From the human T2T-CHM13v2.0 reference genome, Homo sapiens: a stretch of 64,000 bases of DNA. Position 1 is the stretch's first letter. Each line of letters opens with the position of its first letter. Below the pieces are notes generated by a model. The model was not told the origin of the DNA. It saw nothing but the letters and a program-made list of their open reading frames with translations, and did not search any database. The translations under genes and the position numbers were made by a program. Shown here piece by piece: positions 29,241 to 43,832 of this stretch. The stretch is from assembly GCF_009914755.1 (NCBI RefSeq), contig NC_060933.1; one strand, written 5' to 3'.

Positions 29241-32200
29241 GGAATACAATGGAATGGAATGGAATCAACACGAGTGCAATGGAATGGATTGGAATGGAAT
29301 GGAATGGAATGGAATGGAACTACCCGAATGGAATGGAATGTAATGGAGAGTAAGGGAGTTGAATAGAATCAATCCAAATGTAATGGAAAGGAATGGAAAG
29401 GAATGGAATGGAATGGAATGGAATGCAATGGAATGGAATCAAACCGAGTACAATGGATTGGAATGGAATGGAATGGAATGGAATGGAATGGAATCAACAC
29501 GAGTGCAATGGAATGGAATGGAATGGAACAACGCGAATGGAATGGAATGTAATGGAGAGTAAGGGAGTTGAATAGAAACAATCCGAATGTAATGGAATGG
29601 AACGGAATGGAATGGAATGGAATGGAATGGAATGGAATGGAATTAACCCGAGTACAGGGTAATGGAATGGAATGGAATGCAATGGAATGGAATCATCCGT
29701 AATGGAATGGAAATGAATGGAATGGAATGGAATGGAATGGAATGGAATGGAATGGAATCAACTCGATTGCAATGGAATGGAATGGAATGGAATTAACCCG
29801 AATAGAATGGAATGGAATGGAATGGAACGGAACGGAACGGAATGCAATGGAATGGAATGGAATGGAACGGAAAGGAATGGAATGGAATGGAATGGAATGG
29901 AATGGAATGGAATGGAATCAACGCGAGTGCAGGGGAATGGAATGGAATCGAATGGAATGGAATGGAATGGAATGGAATCAACCCGAGTGCAGGGGAATGT
30001 AATGGAACGGAATGCAATGGAATGGAATCATCCGTAATGGAATGGAATGGAATGGAATGGAATGGAATCAACCGAGTGCAATGGAATGGAGTGGAATGTA
30101 ATAGAATGGAATGGAACAACCCGAATGGAATGGAATGTAATGGAGAGTAAGGGAGTTGAAAAGAATCAATCCGAAAGTAATGGAATGGAATGGAATGGAA
30201 TGGAATGGAATGGAATGGAATGGAATGGAATGGAATCAACCCGAGTGCAATGGAATGGAGAGGAATGGAATGGAATGGAATGGAAACTACCCGAATGGAA
30301 TGGAATGTAATAGAGTGTAAGGGAATTGAATAGAATCAATCCGAATGTAATGGAATGGAATGGAACGGAATGGAATGGAATGGAATGTAATGGAATGGAA
30401 TGGAATGCAATGGAATGGAATAAACCCGAGTGCAATGGAATGGAATCGAATGGAATGGAATGCAATGGAATGGATTCAACTTGAATGGAATGGAAAGAAT
30501 GGAATCAACACGAGTGGAATCGCATGGAATGGAATGGAATTGAATGGAATCAACCCGAGTACAGGGGAATGGAATGGAATGGAATGGAATGGAATGGAAT
30601 CATCCGTAATGGAATGGAAAGGAATGGAATGGAATGGAATGGAATGGAATGGAATGGAATGGAATCAACTCGGTTCCAATCGAATGGAATGGAATGGAAA
30701 TAACCCAAATAGAATGGAATGGAATGGAGTGGAACGGAACGGAACGAAACGGAACGGAATGGAATGGAATGGAATGGAATGGAATGGAATGGAACGGAAA
30801 GGAATGGAATGGAATAGAATGGAATGTAATGGAATGGAATGGAATGCAATGGAATGGAATGGAATGGAATGGAATGAAATGCAATGGATTCAACTCGATT
30901 GAAATGGAATGGAATAAAATGGAATGGAATGGAATGGAATGGAATGGAATTAACCCGAATAGAATGGAATGGAATGGAATGGAATGTAACGGAATGGAAC
31001 GGAATGGAATGGAATGGAATGGAATGGAATGGTATGGAATGGAATGGAATGGTACGGAATAGAATGGAATGGAAGGAATTGTAATGGAATGGAATGGAAT
31101 GGAATGGAATGGAATGGAACGGAACGGAATGGAATGGAATGGAATGGATTGGAACTGAAAAGAATAAAAGCGAGTGCAGGGGAATGGAATGGAATGGAAT
31201 GCAATGGAATGGAATCTTCCGGAATGGAATGGAATGGAATGGAATGGAATGGAATGGAATGCAATGGATTCAACTCGATTGCAATGGAATGGAATAGAAT
31301 GGAATGGAATGGAATGGAATGGAATGGAATTAACCCGAATAGAATGGAATGGAATGGAATGGAAAGGAACGGAACGGAACGGAACGGAATGGAATGGAAT
31401 GGAATGGAATGGAATGGAATGGAATGGAATGGAATTGTATGGAATGGAATGGAATGGTACGGAATAGAATGGAATGGAAAGAATTGGAATGGAATGGAAA
31501 CGAATGGAATGGAATGGAATGGAATGGAATCAACACGAGTGTAGGGGAATGTAATGGAACGGAATGCAATGGAATGGAATCATCCGGAATGGAATGGAAT
31601 GGATTGGAATGGATGGAATGGAATGGAATGGAATGGAATGGAATCAACCCGAGTGCAATGGAATGGAGTGGAATGGAATGGAATGGAATGGAACAACCCG
31701 AATGGAATGGAATGTAATGGAGAGTAAGGGAGTTGAATAGAAACAATCCGAATGTAATGGAATGGAACGGAATGGAATGGAATGGAATGGAATGGAATGG
31801 AATGCAATGGAATGGAATGCAACGGAATGGAATCAACCCGAGTTCAATCGAATGGAATCGAATGGAATGGAATGCAATGGAATGGATTCAACTTGAATGG
31901 AATGGAAAGAATGGAATCAACACGAGTGGAATGGCATGGATTGGAATGGAATGGAATGGAATCAACCCAAGTACAGGGGAATGGAATGGAATGGAATGCA
32001 ATGGAATGGAATAATCCGTAATGGAATGGAAAGGAATGATATGGAATGGAATGGAATGGAATGGAATCAACTCGATTGCAATCGAATGGAATGGAATGGA
32101 ATTAACCCGAATAGAATGGAATGGAATGGAATGGAACGGAACGGAATGGAATGGAATGGAATGGAATGGAACGGAACGGATAGTAATGGAATGGAATGGA

Positions 32201-32399
32201 ATGGAATGGAATGGAATGGAATGGAATCAACACGAGTGCACGGGAATGGAATGGAGTGGAATGGAATGGAATGCAGTGGAATGGAATGGAATGGAATGGA
32301 ACAACCCGAATGGAATGGAATGTAATGGAGAGTAAGAGAGTTGAATAGAATCAATCCGAATGTAATGGAATGGAATGGAAAGGAATGGAATAGAATGGA

Positions 32400-35300
32400 A
32401 TGGAATGGAATGCAATGGAATGGAATCAACCCGAGTGCAATGGAATGGAGAGGAATGGAATGGAATGGAATGGAAACTACCCGAATGGAATGGAATGTAA
32501 TGGAGTGTAAGGGAATTGAATAGAATCAATCCGAATGTAATGGAATGGAATGGAACGGAATGGAATGGAATGGAATGGAATGGAATGGAATGCAATGGAA
32601 TGGAATCAACCCGAGTGCAATCGAATGGAATCGAATGGAATGGAATGCAATGGAATGGATTAAACTTGAATGGAATGGAAAGAATGGAATCAACACGAGT
32701 GGAATGGCATGGATTGGAATGGAATGGAATGGAATCAACCTGAGTACAGGGGAATGGAATGGAATGGAATGCAATGGAATGGAATCATCCGAAATGGAAT
32801 GGAAAGGAATGGAATGGAATGGAATGGAATGGAATGGAATGGAATGGAATGGAATCAACTCGATTGCAATCGAATGGAATGGAATGGAATTAACCCGAAT
32901 AGAATGGAATGGAATGGAATGGAACGGAACGGAATGGAATGGAATGGAATGGAATGGAATGGAACGGAACGGAATGGAATGGAATGGAATGGAATGGAAT
33001 CAACGCGAGTGCAGGGGAATGCAATGGAATGGAATGCAATGGAATGGAAACTTCTGGAATGGAATGGAATGGAATGGAATGGAATGAAATGCAATGGATT
33101 CAACTCGATTGCAATGGAATGGAATAGAATGGAATGGAATGGAATGGAATGGAATTATTCCGAATAGAATGGAATGGAATGGAATGGAACGGAATGGAAC
33201 GGAATGGAATGGAATGGAATGGAATGGAATGGAATGGAATGGAATGGAATGGAATAAACCCGAGTGCAATGGAATGGAGTGGAATGGAATGGAATGGAAT
33301 GGAACAACCCGAATGGAATGGAATGTAATGGAGAGTAAGGGAGTTGAATAGAATCAATCCGAATGTAATGGAATGGAATGGAACGGAATGAAATGGAATG
33401 GAATGGAATGGAATGGAATGGAATGGAATGGAATGGAATGGAATGCAATGGAATGGATTCAACTTGAATGGAATGGAAAGAATGGAATCAACACGAGTGG
33501 AATAACATGGATTCGAATGGAATGGAATGGAATCAACCCGAGTACAGGGGAATGGAATGGAATGGAATGGAATGCAATGGAATGGAATCATCCGTAATGG
33601 AATGGAAAGGAAAGGAATGGAATGGAATGGAATGGAATGGAATGGAATCAACTCGATTGCAATCGAATGGAATGGAATGGAATTAACCCGAATAGAATGG
33701 AATGGAATGGAATGGAATGGAATGGAACGGAACGGAATGGAATGGAATGGAATGGAATGGAATGGAACGGAAAGGAAGGGAATGGAATGGAATAGAATGC
33801 AATGGAATGGAATCAACGCGAGTGCAGGGGAATGGAATGGAATGGAATGCAATGGAATGGAATCTTCCGGAATGGAATGGAATGGAATGGAATGGAATGG
33901 AATGGAATGGAATGGAATCAACCCGAGTGCAATGAAATGGAGTGGAATGGAACTGAATGGAATGGAACAACCCGAATGGAATGGAATGTAATGGAGAGTA
34001 AGGGAGTTGAATAGAATCAATCCGAATGTAATGGAATGGAATGGAACGGAATGGAATTTAATGGAATGGAATGGAATGCAATGGAATGGAATCAACCCGA
34101 GTGCAATGGAATGGAGAGGAATGGAATGGAATGGAATGGAAACTACCCGAATGGAATGGAATGTAATGGAGTGTAAGGGAATTGAATAGAATCAATCCGA
34201 ATGTAATGGAATGGAATGGAACGGAATGGAATGGAATGGAATGGAATGGAATGGAATGGAATGCAATGGAATGGAATCAACCCGACTGCAATCGAATGGA
34301 ATCGAATGGAATGGAATGCAATGGAATGGATTAAACTTGAATGGAATGGAAAGAATGGAATCAACACGAGTGGAATGGCATGGATTGGAATGGAATGGAA
34401 TGGAATCAACCTGAGTACAGGGGAATGGAATGGAATGGAATGCAATGGAATGGAATCATCCGAAATGGAATGGAAAGGAATGGAATGGAATGGAATGGAA
34501 TGGAATGGAATGGAATGGAATGGAATGGAATCAAATCGATTGCAATCGAATGGAATGGAATGGAATTAACCCGAATAGAATGGAATGGAATGGAATGGAA
34601 CGGAACGGAATGGAATTGAATGGAATGGAATGGAATGGAACGGAACGGAATGGAATGGAATGGAATGGAATGGAATGGAATCAACGCGAGTGCAGGGGAA
34701 TGCAATGGAAAGGAATGCAATGGAATGGAAACTTCTGGAATGGAATGGAATGGAATGGAATGGAATGAAATGCAATGGATTCAACTCGATTGCAATGGAA
34801 TGGAATAGAATGGAATGGAATGGAATGGAATGGAATTATTCCGAATAGAATGGAATGGAATGGAATGGAACGGAATGGAACGGAATGGAATGGAATGGAA
34901 TGGAATGGAATGGTATGGAATGGAATGGAATGGAATGGAATGGTACCGATTAGAATGGAATGGAACGAATTGTAATGGAATGGAATTGAATTGAATGGAA
35001 TGGAATGGAATGGAATGGAATCAACGCGAGTGCAGGGGAATGTAATGGAACGGAATGCAATGGAATGGAATCATCCGGAATGGAATGGAATGGAATGGAA
35101 TGGAATAGAATGGAATGGAATCAACCCGAGTGCAATGGAATGGAGTGGAATGGAATGGAATGGAATGGAATGGAACAACCCGAATGGAATGGAATGTAAT
35201 GGAGAGTAAGGGAGTTGAATAGAATCAATCCGAATGTAATGGAATGGAATGCAACAGAATGGAATGGAATGGAATGGAATGGAATGCAATGGAATTGAAT

Positions 35301-38300
35301 CAACCCGAGTACAATGGAATGGAATGGAATGGAATGGAATGGAATGGAATGGAATGGAATGGAATGATGCGGAATAGAATGGAATGGAACGAAATGGAAT
35401 GGAATGGAATGGAATGGAATGGAATGGAATGGAATCGTTCCGAGTGGAATAGGAGGGAATGTATTCGAGTGCAATGGAAAGGAATGGTATCAACTAGAGT
35501 GGAATGGAATGGAAGGGAATGGAATGGAAACTAATAGAATGGAATCAACCCGAGTGGAATGGAATGGAAAGGACTGGAATGGAATGGAATGGAATGGAAT
35601 CAACTCGATTGTAATGGAATGGAATGGAATGCAATGGAATGGAATGGAATGGAATTAACCTGAATACAATGGAATGGAATGGAATGGAATGGAATGGAAT
35701 GGAATGGAATCAACTCGATTGCAATCGAATGGAATGGAATGGAATTAACCCGAATAGAATGGAATGGAATGGAATGGAACGGAACGGAACGGAATGGAAT
35801 GGATTGGAATGGAATGGAATGGAATGGAATGGAACGGAAAGGAATGGAATGGAATGGAATGGAATGGAATGGAATGGAATCAAAGCGAGTGCAGGGGAAT
35901 GGAATGGAATGGAATGCAATGGAATGGAATCTTCCGGAATGGAATGGAATGGAATGGAATGGAATGGAATGGAATGGAATGGAATGGAATAAACCCGAGT
36001 GCAATGGAATGGAGTGGAATGGAATGGAATGGAATGGAACAACCCGAATGGAATGGAATGTAATGGAGAGTAAGGGAGTTGAATAGAATCAATCCGAATG
36101 TAATGGAATGGAATGGAACGGAATGGAATTGAATGGAATGGAATGGAATGCAATGGAATGGAATCAACCCGAGTGCAATGGAATGGAGAGGAATGGAATG
36201 GAATGGAATGGAAACTACCCGAATGGAATGGAATGTAATGGATTGTAAGGGAATTGAATAGAATCAATCCGAATGTAATGCAATGGAATGGAACGGAATG
36301 GAATGGAATGGAATGGAATGGAATGGAATGGAATGCAATGGAATGGAATCAACCCGAGTGCAATCGAATGGAATCGAATGGAATGGAATGCAATGGAATG
36401 GATTCAACTTGAATGGAATGGAAAGAATGGAATCAACACGAGTGGAATGGCATGGATTCGAATGGAATGGAATGGAATCAACCCGAGTACAGGGGAATGG
36501 AATGGAATGGAATGGAATGCAATGGAATGGAATCATCCGTAATGGAATGGAAAGGAAAGGAATGGAATGGAATGGAATGGAATGGAATGGAATCAACTCG
36601 ATTGCAATCGAATGGAATGGAATGGAATTAACCCGAATAGAATGGAATGGAATGGAATGGAATGGAACGGAATGGAATGGAATGGAATGGAATGGAATGG
36701 AACGGAAAGGAAGGGAATGGAATGGAATAGAATGCAATGGAATGGAATCAACTCGAGTGCAGGGGAATGGAATGGAATGGAATGCAATGGAATGGAATCT
36801 TCCGGAATGGAATGGAATGGAATGGAATGGAATGGAATGGAATGGAATGGAATTGAATGGAATCAACCCGAGTGCAATGAAATGGAGTGGAATGGAACTG
36901 AATGGAATGGAACAACCCGAATGGAATGGAATGTAATGGAGAGTAAGGGAGTTGAATAGAATCAATCCGAATGTAATGGAATGGAATGGAACGGAATGGA
37001 ATTGAATGGAATGGAATGGAATGCAATGGAATGGAATCAACCCGAGTGCAATGGAATGGAGAGGAATGGAATGGAATGGAATGGAAACTACCCGAATGGA
37101 ATGGAATGTAATGGAGTGTAAGGGAATTGAATAGAATCAATCCGAATGTAATGGAATGGAATGGAACGGAATGGAATGGAATGGAATGGAATGGAATGGA
37201 ATGGAATGCAATGGAATGGAATCAACCCGAGTGCAATCGAATGGAATCGAATGGAATGGAATGCAATGGAATGGATTCAACTTGAATGGAATGGAAAGAA
37301 TGGAATCAACACGAGTGGAATGGCATGGATTGGAATGGAATGGAATGGAATCAACCTGAGTACAGGGGAATGGAATGGAATGGAATGCAATGGAATGCAA
37401 TCATCCGAAATGGAATGGAAAGGAATGGAATGGAATGGAATGGAATGGAATGGAATGGAATGGAATGGAATCAACTCGATTGCAATCGAATGGAATGGAA
37501 TGGAATTAACCCGAATAGAATGGAATGGAATGGAATGGAACGGAACGGAATGGAATTGAATGGAATGCAATGGAATGGAACGGAACGGAATGGAATGGAA
37601 TGGAATGGAATGGAATGGAATCAACGCGAGTGCAGGGGAATGGAATGGAATGGAATGCAATGGAATGGAATCTTCTGGAATGGAATGGAATGGAATGGAA
37701 TGGAATGGAATGAAATGCAATGCATTCAACTCGATTGCAATGGAATGGAATAGAATGGAATGGAATGGAATGGAATGGAATTAATCCGAATAGAATGGAA
37801 TGGAATGGAATGGAACGGAATGGAATGGAATGGAATGGAATGGAATGGAATGGAATGGTATGGAATGGAATGGAATGGAATGGAATGGAATGGTACGGAT
37901 TAGAATGGAATGGAACGAATTGTAATGGAATGGAATTGAATTGAATGGAATGGAATGGAATGGAATGGAATCAACGCGAGTGCAGGGGAATGTAATGGAA
38001 CGGAATGCAATGGAATGGAATCATCCGGAATGGAATGGAATGGAATGGAATGGAATAGAATGGAATGGAATCAACCCGAGTGCAATGGAATGGAGTGGAA
38101 TGGAATGGAATGGAATGGAATGGAACAACCCGAATGGAATGGAATGTAATGGAGAGTAAGGGAGTTGAATACAATCAATCCGAATGTAATGGAATGGAAT
38201 GCAACAGAATGGAATGGAATGGAATGGAATGGAATGCAATGGAATTGAATCAACCCGAGTACAATGGAATGAAATGGAATGGAATGGAATGGAATGGAAT

Positions 38301-38470
38301 GGAACGGAATGGAATGATACGGAATAGAATGGAATGGAACGAAATGGAATGGAATGGAATGGAATGGAATGGAATGGAATGGAATGGAATGGAATGGAAT
38401 CGTTCCGAGTGGAATAGGAGGGAATGTATTCGAGTGGAATGGAAAGGAATGGAATCAACCAGAGTGGAAT
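32400..38470 (+). repeat. Local duplication cluster (offsets ~1671 and ~2945)
   Basis: CAACCTGAGTAC at 32736, 34407, 37352; GGAAACTTCTGG 33046/34727; GAATTGAATTGAAT ~34983/~37933; GCAACAGAAT 35251/38201; matching ORFs 34991/37941 and 33468/36413. Confidence 0.85.
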
Positions 38471-39949
38471 GGAAGGGAATGGAATGGAATGGAATGGAAT
38501 GGAATGGAATGCAATGGAATGGAATCAACCCGAGTGCAATCGAATGGAATCAAATGGAATGGAATGCAATGGAATGGATTCAACTTGAATGGAAAGGAAA
38601 GAATGGAATCAACACGAGTGGAATGGCATGGATTGGAATGGAATGGAATGGAATCAACCCGAGTACAGGGGAATGGAATGGAATGGAATGCAATGGAATG
38701 GAATCATCAGTAATGGAATGGAAAGGAATGGAAAGGACTGGAATGGAATGGAATGGAATGGAATGGAATCAACTCGATTGCAATCGAATGGAATGGAATG
38801 GAATTAACCCGAATAGAATGGAATGGAATGGAATGGAACGGAACGCAATGGAATGGAATGGAACGGAAAGGAATGGAATGGAATGCATTGGAACGGAATG
38901 GAATGGAATGGAATCAAGGCGAGTGCAGGGGAATGGAATGGAATCGAATGGAATGGAAAGGAATGGAATGGAATCAACCCGAGTGCAGGTAAACGTAATG
39001 GAACAGAATGCAACGGAATGGAATCATCCGGAATGGCATGGAATGGAATGGAATGGAATCAACCCGAGTGCAATGGAATGGAGTGGAATGGAAAGGAATG
39101 GAATGGAACAACCCGAATGGAATGGAATGTAATGGAGAGTAAGGGAGTTGAAAAGAATCAATCCGAATGTAATGGAATGGAATGGAACGGAATTGAATGG
39201 AATGGAATGGAATGGAATGCAATGGAATGGAATCAACCCGAGTACAATGGAATGGAAAGGAATGGAATGTAATGGAATGGAATGGAATGGAATGCAATGG
39301 AATGGAATCTTCCGGAATTGAATGAAATGGAATGGAATGGAATAGAATGGAATGCAATGGATTCAACTCGATTGCAATGGAATGGAAAAGAATGGAATGG
39401 AATGGAATGGAATGGAATGGAATGGAATTAAACCGAATAGAATGGAATGGAATGGAATGGAACGGAACAGAACGGAACGGAACGGAACGGAGTGGAATGG
39501 AATGGAATGGAATTGTATGGAATGGAATGGAATGGTACGGAATAGAATGGAATGGAAAGAATTGGAATGGAATGGAATCGAATGGAATGGAATGGAATGG
39601 AATGGAATCAACCCGAGTGCAGGGGAATGTAATGGAACGGAATGCAATGGAATGGAATCATCCGGAATGGAATGGAATGGAATGGAATGGAATGGAATGG
39701 AATGGAATGGAATCAACCCGAGTGCAATGGAATGGAGAGGAATGGAATGGAATGGAATGGAAACTACCCGAATGGAATGGAATGTAATGGAGTGTAAGGG
39801 AATTGAATAGAATCAATCCGAATGGAATGGAATGGAATGGAACGGAATGTAATGGAATGGAATGGAATGGAATCAACCCGAGTGCAGGGGAATGGAATGG
39901 AATGGAATGCAATGGAATGGAATCATCTGGAATGGAATGGAATGGAATG

Positions 39950-40330
39950 CAATGGAATGGAATGGAATGGAATCAACCCGAGTGCAATGGAATGGAGTGA
40001 AATGGAATGGAATGGAATGGAGACAACCAGAATGGATTGGAATATAATGGAGTGTAAGGGAATTGAATAGAATCAATCTGAATGTAATGAAATGGAATGG
40101 AACGGAACGGAACGGAATGGAATGGAATGGAATGGAATGGAATGGAATGGAATGGAATGCAATGGAATGGAATCAACCCGAGTGCAATGGAATGGAGTGA
40201 AATTGAATGGAATGGAATGGAGACAACCAGAATGGATTGGAATATAATGGAGTGTAAGGGAATTGAATAGAATCAATCTGAATGTAATGAAATGGAATGG
40301 AACGGAATGGAATGGAATGGAATGGAATGG
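39950..40330 (+). repeat. 200-bp tandem duplication
   Basis: AGACAACCAGAATGGATTGGAATATAATGGAGTGTAAGGG at 40021 and 40221. Confidence 0.9.
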
Positions 40331-43300
40331 AATGCCATGGAATGGAATCAACCCGAGTGCAATAGAATGGAATCGAATGGAATGGAATGTAATGGAATGG
40401 ATTCAACTTGAATGGAATGGAAAGAATGGAATCAACACGAGTGGAATGGCATGGATTTGAATGGAATGGAATGGAATCAACCCGAGTATAGGGGAATGGA
40501 ATGGAATGGAATGCAATGGAATGGAAACATCCGTAATGGAATGGAATGGAATGGAATGGAATGGAATGGAATGGAATGGAATGGAATGCAATGGAATGGA
40601 ATCAACCCGAGTGCAATGGAATGGAGAGGAATGGAATGGAATGGAATGGAAACTACCCGAATGGAATGGAATGTAATGGAGTGTAAAGGAATTGAATAGA
40701 ACCAATCCGAATGTAATGGAATGGAATGGAACGGAATGGAATGGAATGCAATGGAATGGAATGGAATGGATTGCAATGGAATTTAATCAACCCGAGTGCA
40801 ATCGAATGGAATCGAATGGAATGGAATGCAATGGAATGGATTCAACTTGAATGGAATGGAAAGAATGGAATCAACATGAGTGGAATGGCATGGATTGGAA
40901 TAGGAATGGAATGGAATCAACCCGAGTACAGGGGAATGGAATTGAATGGAATGCAATGGAATGGAATCATCCGTAATGGAATGGAAAGGAATGGAATGGA
41001 ATGGAATGGAATGGAATGGAATGTTAGGGAATGGAATCAACTCGATTGCAATCGAATGGAATGGAATGGAATTAACCCGAATAGAATGGAATGGAATGGA
41101 ATGGAACGGAACGGAATGGAATGGAATGGAATGGAATGGAATGGAACGGAACGGAATGGAATGGAATGGAATGGAATGGAATGGAATGGAATGGAATCAA
41201 CGCGAGTGCAGGGGAATGGAATGGAATGGAATGCAATGGAATGGAATCTTCCGGATTGGAATGGAATGGAATGGAATGGAATGGAATGAAATGCAATGGA
41301 TTCAACTCGATTGCAATGGAATGGAATAGAATGGAATTGAATGGAATGGAATGGAATTAATTCGAATAGAATGGAATGGAATGGAATGGAACGGAATGGA
41401 ACGGAATGGAATGGAATGGAATGGAATGGTATGGAATGGAATGGAATGGTACGGAATAGAATGGAATGGAACGAATTGTAATGGAATGGAATTGAATGGA
41501 ATGGAATGGAATAAACGCGAGTGCAGGGGAATGTAATGGAACGGAATGCAATGGAATGGAATCATCCGGAATGGAATGGAATGGAATGGAATGGAATGGA
41601 ATGGAATGGAATGGAATCAACCCGAGTGCAATGGAATGGAGTGGAATGGAATGGAATGGAATGGAACAACCCGAATGGAATGGAATGTAATGGAGAGTAA
41701 GGGAGTTGAATAGAATCAATCCGAATGTAATGGAATGGAATGCAACGGAATGGAATGGAATAGAATGGAATGGAATGCAATGGAATTGAATCAACCCGAG
41801 TACAATGGAATGGAATGGAATGGAATAGAATGGAATGGAATGGAATGGAATGATACGGAATAGAATGGAATGGAACGAAATGGAATGGAATGGAATGGAA
41901 TGGAATGGAATGGAATGGTTCCGAGTGGAATAGGAGGGAATGTATTCGAGTGGAATGGAAAGGAATGGAATCAACCAGAGTGGAATGGAAGGGAATGGAA
42001 TGGAATGGAAACTAATAGAATGGAATCAACCCGAGTGGAATGGAATGGAAAGGACTGGAATGGAATGGAATGGAATGGAATCAACTCGATTGTAATGGAA
42101 TGGAATGGAATGGAATGGAATGGAATGGAATTAACCCGAATACAATGGAATGGAATGGAATGGAACGGAATGGAGTGGAATGGAATGGAATCAACCCGAG
42201 TGCAGGGGAATGGAATGGAATGGAATGCAATGGAATGCAATCATCCGGAATGGAATGGAATGGAGTGGAATGCAAAGCAATGGAATCAACTCGATTGCAA
42301 TGGAATGGAATGGAATGGAAAGGAATACATTGGAATCAACCCGAGTGGAATGGAATGGAATGGACTGGAATGGAGTGGAATGGAATGGAATGGACTGGAA
42401 TGGAATGGAATGGAATCAACTCGATTGGAATGGAATGGAATGGAATGGAATGGAATGGAATGGAATGGAATTAACCCGAATAGAATGGAATGGAATGGAA
42501 TGGAACGGAACGGAACGGAACGGAACGGAACGGAATGGAATGGAATGGAATGGAATGGAATGGAACGGAACGGAACGGAATGGAATGGAAAGGAATGGAA
42601 TGGAAAGGAATCAACGTGAGTGCAGGGGAATGGAATGGAATGGAATGAAATGGAATGGAATCTTCCGGAATGGAATGGAATGGAATGGATTAGAATGGAA
42701 TGGAATGGAATGGAATGGAATCAACCCGAGTACAGGGGAATGGAATGGAATGTAATGCAATGGAATGGAATCATCCGTAATGGAATGTAAAGGAATGGAA
42801 TGGAATGGAATGGAATGGAATGGAATGGAATGGAATGCAATGGATTCAACTCGATTGCAATGAAATGGAATAGAATGGAATGGAATGGAATGGAATGGAA
42901 TGGAATGGAATTAACCCGAATAGAATGGAATGGAATGGTATGGAACGGAACGGAACGGAACGGAACCGAATGGAATGGAATGGAATGGAATGGAATGGAA
43001 TGGAATGGAATTGTATGGAATGGAATGGAATGGTATAGAATAGAATGGAATGGAAAGAATTGGAATGGAATGGAATCGAATGGAATGGAATCGAATGGAA
43101 TGGAATGGAATGGAATGGAACCAACCCGAGTGCCATGGAATGGATTGGAATGGAATGGAATGGAATGGAACAACCCGAATGGAATGGAATGTAATGGAGA
43201 GTAAGGGAGTTGAATAGAATCAATCCGAATGTAATGGAATGGAATGGAACGGAATGGAATGGAATGGACTGCAATGGAATGGAATCAACCCGAGTACAAT

Positions 43301-43795
43301 GGAATGGAATGGAATGGAATGGAATGGAATGGAATGGAATGGAATGGAATGGAATGGAATCAACCCGAGTGCAATGGAATAGAGAGGAAAGGAATGGAAT
43401 GGAATGGAAACTACCCGAATGGAATGGAATGTAATGAAGTGTAAGGGAATTGAATAGAATCAATCCGAATGGAATGGAATGTAATGGAACGGAAAGTAAT
43501 GTAATGGACTGGAATGGAATCAACCCGAGTGCAGGGGAATGGAATGGAATGGAATGCAATGGAATGGAATCATCCGGAATGGAATGGAATGGAATGGAAT
43601 GGAATCAACCCGAGTGCAAAGGAATGGAGTGAAATGGAATGGAATGGAATGGAAACAACCAGAATGGATTGGAATATAATGGAGTGTAAGGGAATTGAAT
43701 AGAATCAATCTGAATGTAATGAAATGGAATGGAACGGAAAGGAATGGAATGGAATGGAATGGAATGGAATGGAATGGAATGCAATGGAATGGAAT

Positions 43796-43832
43796 CAACC
43801 CGAGTGCATTCCATTGCATTCTGGTTGTTTCC
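43796..43832. other. Inversion breakpoint (strand switch) with 4-bp TGCA overlap at 43805-43808
   Basis: Sequence reads ...ggaatggaat caacccgag TGCA ttccattgcattctggttgtttcc... Pentamer orientation flips here with no inserted non-satellite DNA. ORF translations change from MEWNG to IPFHS within single ORFs (43695..43928, 43724..43978). Confidence 0.95.

Larger units (their letters stand above)
1..43808 (+). repeat. Satellite III (HSat3) array, GGAAT-rich strand on +
   Basis: Continuous diverged GGAAT pentamers with interspersed CAACCCGAGT, CAACTCGATT, TTAACCCGAATAG and CATCCGG modules. CAACCCGA(G/A)T inside (GGAAT)n is the classical Satellite III diagnostic. No unique sequence is present. 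Confidence 0.97.

Noticed and set aside
42500-42535. (GGAAC)n CpG-rich runs as CpG islands or promoters
   Set aside because: The runs are only about 10-35 bp and are T>C pentamer variants that follow the TTAACCCGAATAG module.
80-43540. GCAGGGG / ACAGGGG tracts as G-quadruplex motifs
   Set aside because: These are single G4 tracts separated by tens to hundreds of bases; there are no four clustered G3+ runs.
1-43800. EWS-FLI1-type GGAA microsatellite or SCA31-type pathogenic TGGAA expansion
   Set aside because: The unit is a diverged 5-mer satellite, not (GGAA)n, and it has no unique gene flanks.
43676-43807. Spacer at the inversion as a possible inserted element
   Set aside because: It is the ordinary continuation of the left-arm module string (same as ~5983-6110), with no terminal repeats, target-site duplication or foreign sequence.
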